Below are positions 38,358-46,456 of a stretch of 64,000 nt of DNA, in pieces. The stretch comes from a virus. Taxonomy: Duplodnaviria > Caudoviricetes. The notes below the pieces were generated by a model, which ran no database searches, was not told the origin of the DNA, and saw only the letters and a program-made list of their open reading frames with translations. The number at the start of each line of letters is the position of its first letter. Positions within the stretch are counted from its first letter, which is position 1. A program made the translations under genes and the position numbers. The stretch is from positions 9,651 through 73,650 of IMG/VR virus record IMGVR_UViG_3300020036_009879; one strand, 5' to 3'.

Positions 38358-38363
38358 AATTAC

Positions 38364-38666
38364 TTAGTTAAAGTTTATTGCAGAACAAGCTGTATCACCA
38401 ATATTAATACTAGTATACTTTGTGTATGATACTGAGTAAGTTTGACCATCACTCAAAGTAACATAAAGTCTAGAAGGAGAGTAGTTTTTATCAACTCTTT
38501 TTCCAGTGACTGTAGGACAACTATACTCTTCAGAATCAGGGCTACAGCTAAACAAAGTACTTAGAAGTACTATTAATAAAACAGAAATACAAACAGTGTT
38601 TTTTACTGTTTCAATTCCTTTATCATTCTTTGCAAAGAAGATAGCTAATATGAATAATTTTTTCAT
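38364..38666 (-). CDS. Putative lipoprotein
   Basis: Hydrophobic stretch ending LLSTLFS-C. Confidence 0.5.
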   Translation of the reverse strand: MKKLFILAIFFAKNDKGIETVKNTVCISVLLIVLLSTLFSCSPDSEEYSCPTVTGKRVDKNYSPSRLYVTLSDGQTYSVSYTKYTSINIGDTACSAINFN

Positions 38667-38692
38667 AATATTTGATTTAAGTTAATGTTTTG

Positions 38693-38781
38693 TGGAGACG
38701 GCAGGAATCGAACCTGCAACCTTCAACTAGACTCCTCTGATTAGGCCTTAGTTGATGCTCTACCTATCGAGCTCCATCCCC
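38693..38781 (-). tRNA. tRNA-like RNA with Ala identity (G3.U70, A73) and 23-nt expanded anticodon loop
   Basis: GGGGATG/CGTCTCC-A, GCTC/GAGC D-stem, TCAAC/GTTGA stem with 16 extra nt, GCAGG-TTCGATT-CCTGC. Confidence 0.75.
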
Positions 38782-38787
38782 TTATTG

Positions 38788-39126
38788 TTATTGTTTTATT
38801 AAATATTTGAATAGTTTTGTATCTTCATCTTCTCTAACTTCAGCTATACAAATTGCTATTTGATATAGTCCAATTTGTCTTCTTCTACGAATATCATTAG
38901 TATTAGTCATTTCAAAAATTAATGTATTAATAGTATTATTTTCTAGAACTATTACATTACCATCAAAGTCTTCTGTAGCATATAATAATACTTGAGGAAT
39001 ATTATTATCATATCTACTAATAATATTTATATCTCTATAACCTGTTGTTATATTTACAAAATCCTTACGAATATTAATAAGTTCATTTAGAAAATTTATA
39101 GTAAAATATTTAATTTGAGTTTTCAT
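38788..39126 (-). CDS. Hypothetical Ile/Asn-rich protein (cassette cargo)
   Basis: First gene after promoter cassette; visibly more AT-rich than neighbours. Confidence 0.6.
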   Translation of the reverse strand: MKTQIKYFTINFLNELINIRKDFVNITTGYRDINIISRYDNNIPQVLLYATEDFDGNVIVLENNTINTLIFEMTNTNDIRRRRQIGLYQIAICIAEVREDEDTKLFKYLIKQ

Positions 39127-39127
39127 A

Positions 39128-39314
39128 ATAATTGTTTTTAAATTTCTATGGGATAAAATTAAAGTATTTTCTCCTTATAAAAAACTTTTATTCCAATTAT
39201 TTTTAAAAAAGTTTTAAGACCTTAAAACAATGGTTCTAAGGCCTTAAAATTTTACATCGGTATAAGAATACCAGAAGGTGACTAGAATAGGTTAAAATAC
39301 CTTGATGTGGTTTC
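39128..39314 (-). promoter_or_regulatory. Repeated promoter/stem-loop cassette
   Basis: Near-identical to 45348..45537. Confidence 0.85.
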
Positions 39315-40325
39315 TTATGAAAGGTTTTTCAAATCTTCTTTCATTTCATCTACAATGTCTGGATTTTCATTTAAAACAACTCTCAAAGCTTTGATTCCAT
39401 TAGCTAAGTTAGTACCTTTATAAGAAAACCAGGCACCTTTCTTAATGACTATTTCATTAAAGATTAAGACTTCCATAAGTCCTGTTAAAGTATCAACTCC
39501 AACTCCATAAATGATATCATTTTGAATCCACTTAAATGGAGGAATAATCTTATTCTTCACAACTGTAATATGTTGTTTGAAACCAACTACCTCTTCACCT
39601 TCTTTCAATTGACCCTTGTTTTTAATCTCAAGTCTTTGGGTAGCATAGAATTTCAAAGCTTTACCTCCAGGAGTAATAGTAGGGGGACCATACATTGTAA
39701 TAGTGTCTCTTAACTGATTTGTAAAGATGATGGTACACCCAACTGTAGAAGCTGACCCTGAAACCATTTTCATAGCCTGACCCATCATTCTTGCCTGTAA
39801 ACCCATCTTGGTTTCTCCAGCCTCTCCATCAAGTTCAGCTTTTGGAATCATAGCAGCAACTGAATCAATAATAACTAAGTCAATTTCTTGAGTTGAAATG
39901 AATGCTCTAAGAGTTTCAATAGCCTGTTCACCATATGAGGGTTGTGAGATAATTAGATTATCTGTGTCTACCCCAATACTTCTTGCATACTCCAAGTTTA
40001 GAGCATGTTCTGAATCTATAAAAGCTGCTATTCCTCCAGCACGTTGTACTTGTACAATAGCTTCTAAACAAAGCCCTGTTTTACCACACCCAGATTCAGC
40101 AAAGATTTCAATAATTTTACCAACACCATAACCACCTCCAAGTGCAGCATCTAAGTCAGGACGACCAGAACTAATAGTGTCTACTTCAGTTCCAGATTCA
40201 CCCATTAACATTGCTACTTTTTCACCATACCTTTTATCTAAAGCTGCAAAAACATCAGTAATAGATTTAGGGAGTTTATTTACTGTCATATTAAGATTGT
40301 TTATCTTTATTTGTAAAATACTCAT
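39315..40325 (-). CDS. recA: RecA/UvsX recombinase
   Basis: AESGCGKT, FIDSEHAL, SQPSYGEQA, IIDSVAAM, GLQARMM, IFTNQLR, GGKALKFYA. Confidence 0.93.
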   Translation of the reverse strand: MSILQIKINNLNMTVNKLPKSITDVFAALDKRYGEKVAMLMGESGTEVDTISSGRPDLDAALGGGYGVGKIIEIFAESGCGKTGLCLEAIVQVQRAGGIAAFIDSEHALNLEYARSIGVDTDNLIISQPSYGEQAIETLRAFISTQEIDLVIIDSVAAMIPKAELDGEAGETKMGLQARMMGQAMKMVSGSASTVGCTIIFTNQLRDTITMYGPPTITPGGKALKFYATQRLEIKNKGQLKEGEEVVGFKQHITVVKNKIIPPFKWIQNDIIYGVGVDTLTGLMEVLIFNEIVIKKGAWFSYKGTNLANGIKALRVVLNENPDIVDEMKEDLKNLS

Positions 40326-41325
40326 TCAGTAAGATAAGACCTTCTTCATGTGAGTACTCTTTTTCTTCACAAAACTGTTGAAAGTTTAGAAAGATTTGTT
40401 CCTTATCAAACTTTTTGATAAGTACAGGTAATTCTACTTCTTCTATTGAATACTTTTTCTCAAACTTTAATTTAACATCAATACCAGTATCTTTGAACTG
40501 TTCTTTATCCAAAGCTTTTAGACGTGACTCAGAACCTACAAACTCAAAACGAATAGTATCAGGACTATCTCTATGTATAGAAATAAGTTCTTTGATTTCT
40601 TCATTACTAAGTTCATCAATGTTCAAAGTAAGTTTATTAAACTTCTTAAAAACTCCCTGGACTATTTTATAAGACAAATCATCATAAATGATTGAAAACC
40701 CTTTTAAAGAATCTTCACCAAAACTAGACTGTCTTAGAGATGGTAAGTGGACTATGTTTCTAGAAATTTCATGTGTATTATGATAATGTCCTAAATAAGT
40801 CTTTTTCCACTTCTTTAAACTAGTTTTTGTAATAGAGGTTTTTTCACTAGTTTTTCCAAGATGAGACGAACCTTGCATCTCAAAGTGACTAATTAAAATG
40901 TCTCCACCTTCTGACTCCTCTATCATTGGTACTAACATAGAGTCATCAAAGAAAGGTAAAAGTGTTACTTTAACACCTTCAATTTCAATATTAGTGACTT
41001 CAGTATATAGTTCAACTCCAGGATGATGACTAAAAACATCAAGAAAAGATGTATATGAAAAATAGCTAGTTCGGTCATGGTTTCCAGGTATAAGAATATG
41101 TCTAATTCCTACACTATGAATAAGTTCAAGAATTTTATTAGCTGTATTTAGTACATTCTCAGTTTGGTTAGTTCTTGAATGAAAAAAGTCACCTGCAAAA
41201 ACTAGTGTATTTAACTTATTTTCAACCATGTAGGTAACTATATGGTTGGCTGAAGCTAAGACAGCATCTTCATTTCCTACTCCTAAGTGTATATCATTCC
41301 AGATAACAAATTTAGCTTTCTTCAT
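40291..41325 (-). CDS. SbcD/Mre11-like metallophosphoesterase nuclease
   Basis: NDIHLG, AGDFFH, PGNHD, SHFE, GHYH. Confidence 0.85.
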   Translation of the reverse strand: MKKAKFVIWNDIHLGVGNEDAVLASANHIVTYMVENKLNTLVFAGDFFHSRTNQTENVLNTANKILELIHSVGIRHILIPGNHDRTSYFSYTSFLDVFSHHPGVELYTEVTNIEIEGVKVTLLPFFDDSMLVPMIEESEGGDILISHFEMQGSSHLGKTSEKTSITKTSLKKWKKTYLGHYHNTHEISRNIVHLPSLRQSSFGEDSLKGFSIIYDDLSYKIVQGVFKKFNKLTLNIDELSNEEIKELISIHRDSPDTIRFEFVGSESRLKALDKEQFKDTGIDVKLKFEKKYSIEEVELPVLIKKFDKEQIFLNFQQFCEEKEYSHEEGLILLNEYFTNKDKQS

Positions 41326-41440
41326 AACTCTTTACTTTATAATTAATTAGTATTTGGTAGATTTGATGAGGTAGTTGAATTCTATAGATTTCAGCTAGTT
41401 CTTTTATCAAGTTTTCTTTATATTCAAGATAAGAAAGTTC

Positions 41441-41857
41441 TTACTCTTCTCTACTGTCCCCATCTTCTTGGTACCTTACATTTTCCAAAATTCTTGACTG
41501 TAAGATATGAGAAGAATTATCAAGTACTTCTAGAATGTTATTCTCAGCAAAAGAAAGTGAGATACGAAGATTATTGTCTCCAATTCTTAACATCCCAAAG
41601 TTTTCACCTACCCTATAGGTAAATGAAGAGTCAATCTTGTTCCCAAACATTTTCTTGATAACAACTAAAGCTCTTAGTCTAAGAGTTTGTCGTATAGTAC
41701 ATTCACTATCAATAGTGATTGGAGGGTCAATATCAACCTTCATTGAAAAGTGTCTACGTTTATCTACGTAAGACTTTCTACTATGAGGGTCTGGGAATTT
41801 AAAGTCTATTTCAACTACTAATCTTTCTTTTCTTTCTACTTTGTGATTTTTTATCAT
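41441..41857 (-). CDS. Hypothetical protein
   Basis: ORF track. Confidence 0.55.
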   Translation of the reverse strand: MIKNHKVERKERLVVEIDFKFPDPHSRKSYVDKRRHFSMKVDIDPPITIDSECTIRQTLRLRALVVIKKMFGNKIDSSFTYRVGENFGMLRIGDNNLRISLSFAENNILEVLDNSSHILQSRILENVRYQEDGDSREE

Positions 41858-41869
41858 AACTTTTGATTT

Positions 41870-41899
41870 AAAAGAGCCTATTTCAAAGTAGGCTCTTTT
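41870..41899 (-). terminator. Intrinsic terminator
   Basis: aaaagagccta-tttcaaag-taggctctttt. Confidence 0.7.
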
Positions 41900-41919
41900 G
41901 ATTTTTTTACTTCAGTTTA

Positions 41920-42828
41920 CTAGTCTTCCATAAGTTTGTTCAACTCTTCATCTAGTTCGTTCTCATTAAGAGCTCCTTCTTCTTCTTCTTCAGAATCTTG
42001 GAAAGGTAGTTCTTCTTCTTCTAGAGCCAGATTGTACCATTTTACTAGTTCATCTTTTTCAAGAGTTGGGAGTTCTTGTCCTGGATAGTTTTCAGCTATG
42101 TAAGCTCTCAAGACTTTTTTCATCCCTAATGGAGTTACTAGAGTTTCAGAAGATGGTTCAGCTGCAGTTGTCTCTGATTTTACTTCTTTCTTTTCCTCTT
42201 TCTTTGGCTCCTCAACCTTCTTTCCAGCTGGTTTGTCTTCTTCAGACTCTTCCTTTACCTCAGCTTTAATGTTTGGAATAACATTAGCTTCAACTTCAGC
42301 TACGAACCAGTCATTTAGGTCTTCAAAGAATCTTTTGATAGCTTTCTTATCAGCTTTTTTGAACCATTCAGCATCCTTAGTTGGAGCATCGGCAATTTTC
42401 AAATCTAGTTTTGCTCCATCTTGTTTGAAAGAGATTCCTTGAGCTCTTTTTTTATCTTCTCCGATGAAGTCATAAGGTTTCAGGAAAATAGTTTTTTCAA
42501 GGTCCATGTTTAGAAGAGCTTTCATCATATCTTGACTATATCTATTGTTAGTAGAGATAGAAATAATATAAAGTTCTTCACTAGCTTTGAAAGTAACATT
42601 AATACTTTCACCATACTCAGCGTGTGTTCTAAATTCTACTTTAGACACTTTACCAGTCAAATCAGCATATCTAGCACCTTTTCGAGTACCAGTAGTCTTA
42701 TCTGCTTTTTCATAATCTTGGGTAGCATAGTCTGGGTGTGACTGGTCTGCTTTTCTGTCCCAAATGTAACCTCCTGCAACTGATAAAAATGTTGCACCAC
42801 CTTCTTGTACTTTTCCTAATCCTGACAT
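41920..42828 (-). CDS. Possible ssDNA-binding protein (acidic C-terminal tail)
   Basis: Beta-rich N-terminus, acidic tail EEEEGALNENELDEELNKLMED; recombination context. Confidence 0.4.
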   Translation of the reverse strand: MSGLGKVQEGGATFLSVAGGYIWDRKADQSHPDYATQDYEKADKTTGTRKGARYADLTGKVSKVEFRTHAEYGESINVTFKASEELYIISISTNNRYSQDMMKALLNMDLEKTIFLKPYDFIGEDKKRAQGISFKQDGAKLDLKIADAPTKDAEWFKKADKKAIKRFFEDLNDWFVAEVEANVIPNIKAEVKEESEEDKPAGKKVEEPKKEEKKEVKSETTAAEPSSETLVTPLGMKKVLRAYIAENYPGQELPTLEKDELVKWYNLALEEEELPFQDSEEEEEGALNENELDEELNKLMED

Positions 42829-42902
42829 AATAAAAATTTTTGTTTATAATACTTAGTTTTTTAAGGACTTCATTTAATAATAGATGCCTTGGGTCTATTA
42901 GT

Positions 42903-43460
42903 TTATTTTATGGAACCGGCTTTAGCTCCTTTAGAAATTAGAATTCCATTAACCTTCCCTTCAATAAGTCCATCAACAAACTCTTCTGGAGTTGTATTTG
43001 AAATAAAGCCATTTAGCTTCTTACTCTTATCTTGGATAGCCCAGTAAAGAGCATCTAGAGAATTGAAATTTCTTTCAGCTCTAATAATCTCTCTTTTTAG
43101 TTCAATCCATTCAGGTTCTGACTCATAACAAGTCTCTAAGGCTTTTTCAGTAAGTTTTACTGAAACTTCTTCACCATCTACTTTTATGATATAACTACCT
43201 CCTGACTTAGAAGACTGTTTACGTAGATTTGAACGATAGTTGTTTTCATAGATTCTACAATCAAGCTTTAGTCCAGCTAGATTAGATTCTACTTCTGCTT
43301 TCATTAGACCAACTCTATTGACAGCAGCAGTTACTGTTACAGCTTCTCCAAAAATGTTACTAGTGTCAATTTTAGTTAGACTGTCTACATTGACAACATC
43401 TTCAATATCATCATGTTTTAAAGTAATAGGACGGTCTCCTATGTGAATAACGTATTCCAT
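42903..43460 (-). CDS. Helical protein, possible recombination mediator (UvsY-like)
   Basis: Coiled-coil character and context only. Confidence 0.35.
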   Translation of the reverse strand: MEYVIHIGDRPITLKHDDIEDVVNVDSLTKIDTSNIFGEAVTVTAAVNRVGLMKAEVESNLAGLKLDCRIYENNYRSNLRKQSSKSGGSYIIKVDGEEVSVKLTEKALETCYESEPEWIELKREIIRAERNFNSLDALYWAIQDKSKKLNGFISNTTPEEFVDGLIEGKVNGILISKGAKAGSIK

Positions 43461-43477
43461 ATATTTGTTTTTAGTAA

Positions 43478-43819
43478 TTACTTTTTGATAAAGATTAGTT
43501 CTACTTCCTTCATTATAGTTAAAAGTAGAGTTTCATCAATTTGTTTTTCTTTTTTGTATATCTCCCACTTCTCTTTTGATACTAGGTTTGGAAATTTTTC
43601 AAGATTACAACTCTTAGTAGCATAAGACTTTTCAATAGCTGAACAAGTACAGATTTCACACTTTCCAAATGGGATACAAGAATCTCTACATACCCAAATT
43701 CTGTAGAAAACCTGTTCTCTAGTATACTGAGGCAGTACTCTAATTTTATCTAAGTAGTATCTTGAATACCCTTGGAAAAAACTTTTGATGTTACTAAGAG
43801 TTATTTGTTCTAGTTTCAT
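43478..43819 (-). CDS. Hypothetical Cys-rich protein
   Basis: CRDSC...GKCEICTC...KSC. Confidence 0.55.
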   Translation of the reverse strand: MKLEQITLSNIKSFFQGYSRYYLDKIRVLPQYTREQVFYRIWVCRDSCIPFGKCEICTCSAIEKSYATKSCNLEKFPNLVSKEKWEIYKKEKQIDETLLLTIMKEVELIFIKK

Positions 43820-44763
43820 TATACAGCTATTTCAAGTTTCTTTGATAGTGGTTCAATCTTGAATGGAATATCAATGATGAAATCTTCTAAAGTAACATTG
43901 TAGAAATCTTTGTTTACAGGTAATGAAATTTTGATTGGTTCTGTTTGAGGAGTTCTTTTCAAAAGTTCATCAATAGCAAAAAGGTGTCTATCATAAACAT
44001 GTAAGTTTTGTACATTGTACTTGAACTTTCTAAGAATATGGTTTTTACCTGTATGAAATGATAAGTGAGAACAAACTGCCATCCCTAACATTACATATTG
44101 CATAGGATTAATTGAAGCAGTAACTACAAAATCTTGACTTCTTTGATTTAAAGTTAAGTCAATAGCTATCTCTCCATTTAAAAGTTCTGAACAGCTCCAA
44201 AGAGTTTCATAGGCACAAGGTACAAGGGCTTTTGGGTCTTCAACCATCTGTTGCTCTTGCCATAAACTCATAATGTGTCTTCTTGAAAATCTATCATTTT
44301 CTAGTTTTCTGAGAAGGTTATTCATTAGGTTGTACCTTTTCACTGTATGACCATAAGTTCGACCTATAGAATGAAGTTTAAAGAACCCTTCTTTGTTAAG
44401 AACTGTATCAACGATAAATGGTTCCCACCAAGGTTGAATTAATGGATTCATCTCTTCAACTACATTAGTCTGTTTTTGATAGATAGCTTCCATATCATAC
44501 CAACCACCTTTGATGGCTGTAGGCCTTAAACTGACAATTGGCAATTCTCCTTTGTCAATTCTGTAATCAAAACTCTTTTGAGTAATGAATTTACTGAAAG
44601 CTGGTACCCCATCACTCCAACTTGGTCTGGGGTTATAGTCCCATTCTCCGTGGTCTCTTACTTCTCTTAAAGTTTCAAGAAAGTATTGGTCTGCTTTTGA
44701 TATTTTTTTCATAACTATTTTTTTAGTGTCATAAGGACAAGTGATACAATTGAAGAAGTACAA
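43819..44763 (-). CDS. thyA: Thymidylate synthase
   Basis: SRRHIMSLW, ALVPC, LNQRSQD, NLHVYDRH. Confidence 0.88.
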   Translation of the reverse strand: MYFFNCITCPYDTKKIVMKKISKADQYFLETLREVRDHGEWDYNPRPSWSDGVPAFSKFITQKSFDYRIDKGELPIVSLRPTAIKGGWYDMEAIYQKQTNVVEEMNPLIQPWWEPFIVDTVLNKEGFFKLHSIGRTYGHTVKRYNLMNNLLRKLENDRFSRRHIMSLWQEQQMVEDPKALVPCAYETLWSCSELLNGEIAIDLTLNQRSQDFVVTASINPMQYVMLGMAVCSHLSFHTGKNHILRKFKYNVQNLHVYDRHLFAIDELLKRTPQTEPIKISLPVNKDFYNVTLEDFIIDIPFKIEPLSKKLEIAV

Positions 44764-44895
44764 ATAATAAGTCCTAAGATAGGTCTATCAAAAGAAATTT
44801 TTAGTGGACTAGTTGAGATTGAAATTTTAGCTATAAACATACATAAAATAATTATGTAGACTAGGGCTAAAATAAAATTAGGTTTTTTTAACATA

Positions 44896-45081
44896 CTATT
44901 GCTTTTTTAGTTTTTCAGTTGCTACCTCTACACATCTAAAAGTTTTTTGCTTTTCAATATGTGTAACTTGTACAAGAAATTTTTTACCTCTATTTTTTAG
45001 AGCTGTTCCTTTATAATTTTTATTTTCAAAAGAGACCCATTTTACTGAGTCTCCTTCTTCTATCTCTACTTCTATTGACAT
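44896..45081 (-). CDS. Small hypothetical protein
   Basis: ORF track. Confidence 0.55.
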   Translation of the reverse strand: MSIEVEIEEGDSVKWVSFENKNYKGTALKNRGKKFLVQVTHIEKQKTFRCVEVATEKLKKQ

Positions 45082-45347
45082 TAGAATTGAATTTTTTTAA
45101 TTTGTAGATAGTGAAGAAGTTTCAGTAGTTTTATTAAACTATTATAAGACTTGACTTCTTCAAACTCTTTTTTAATATCAACTATTAGAATTTCAGAAAA
45201 ATGAAAATCTGTTTGACCATTAGGGTATAAAGGATTAACTCCAACTAAACCTACTGAATCATTCATTAGTTCTTTCACTTCAAAAGTTAAACCATTAAGT
45301 TTTGAGTATTGACTATGTTTGTTACTGATATTAATAATAGCTTTCAT
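45081..45347 (-). CDS. Hypothetical protein (cassette cargo)
   Basis: First gene after promoter cassette. Confidence 0.6.
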   Translation of the reverse strand: MKAIINISNKHSQYSKLNGLTFEVKELMNDSVGLVGVNPLYPNGQTDFHFSEILIVDIKKEFEEVKSYNSLIKLLKLLHYLQIKKIQF

Positions 45348-45537
45348 AATAATTGGTTTTTTAAATTTCTATGGGATAAAATTAAAGTAAAAGAATGGAA
45401 TAAAAAACTTTTATTACAATTATTTTTAAAAAAGTTTTAAGACCTTAAAACAATGGTTCTAAGGCCTTAAAATTTTCCATCAGTATAAGAATACCACAGG
45501 TGGTGTAAAATAGGTTAAAATACCTTGATGTGGTTTC
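45348..45537 (-). promoter_or_regulatory. Repeated promoter/stem-loop cassette
   Basis: Near-identical to 39128 and 29446. Confidence 0.85.
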
Positions 45538-46449
45538 TTATGAAGTTTTTCTTTCCATTCTTAAGAATGAATAATCAAATTGATGTTTATCATCTTTTGG
45601 ATAGTCTTCTCTTGAGATAATTTTGAAATCTCCCATAAACTGTTCAGCTGATGGAAACATAGTTCTTTCTCCTACTACATTACCAATGTTAGTGTTAACA
45701 ATAGTAAGGTCAAGTTCATCTATGACAGACATTGCTTGTTGATAAATTTCTCCACCACCTATAATGTAAGAAACTCCAGAGGGACAAAGTTCAATAGCTT
45801 CTTGTAGTGAGTGTACAATTAAGATATTACCATTTCTTAGTATCCCTTTGAGATAATCTCTATCTCTTGTGATAACTACATGACATCTGTTAGGTAAGAT
45901 TCCTGGTAAAGATTCAAAAGTCTTTCTACCCATAATAATATGGTGTCCTGTAGTAAGTTCTTTGAAACGTTTAAGGTCATTAGGCAGGTTCCAAGGAATT
46001 CTGTCATCAATAGCAAGTACTCCATTATTTGAGATAGCAGCTATTGAAATGAGTTTTCTTTCAGGTTTTTCAATAATTTTTTTGATATTCGGTTTTGAGT
46101 ATCCAGGCCCCTTTAGAACTTTTCCATCTTCACGATAGATAGGTTTTCCATCTTCTCCTAACTTACTCATATTAGAGCGTTGGATTTCATCAAAAACTTC
46201 TTCAATCTTGTGTTGAAGTCCATGTTCAAGAATAGTACCACAAAGAATATACATCATATCACCAAGTGCATCTGCAATACCTACAATATCATTAGTAAGG
46301 GTTGCTAATTGGTACTCTTCATTCTCCTCTCTCATTAGTTCATAACGAAGATTTTTTCTGTCTTGGGAGATATCAGCAATTGGTTGTTCACTAACTGGAG
46401 CCCTGAAAGTTTTGTGGAATAGTTTTACTCCTTCTAATTGTTTTTTCAT
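45538..46449 (-). CDS. Fusion: MazG/PRA-PH-like NTP pyrophosphohydrolase + dihydrofolate reductase
   Basis: EENEEY...ADALGDMMY...VFDEIQRSNMSK...GKVLK, then IAAISNNG..IPWNLPNDLKRFKELTTGHHIIMGRKTFESL...IIGGGEIY. Confidence 0.85.
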   Translation of the reverse strand: MKKQLEGVKLFHKTFRAPVSEQPIADISQDRKNLRYELMREENEEYQLATLTNDIVGIADALGDMMYILCGTILEHGLQHKIEEVFDEIQRSNMSKLGEDGKPIYREDGKVLKGPGYSKPNIKKIIEKPERKLISIAAISNNGVLAIDDRIPWNLPNDLKRFKELTTGHHIIMGRKTFESLPGILPNRCHVVITRDRDYLKGILRNGNILIVHSLQEAIELCPSGVSYIIGGGEIYQQAMSVIDELDLTIVNTNIGNVVGERTMFPSAEQFMGDFKIISREDYPKDDKHQFDYSFLRMERKTS

Positions 46450-46456
46450 AATATAG

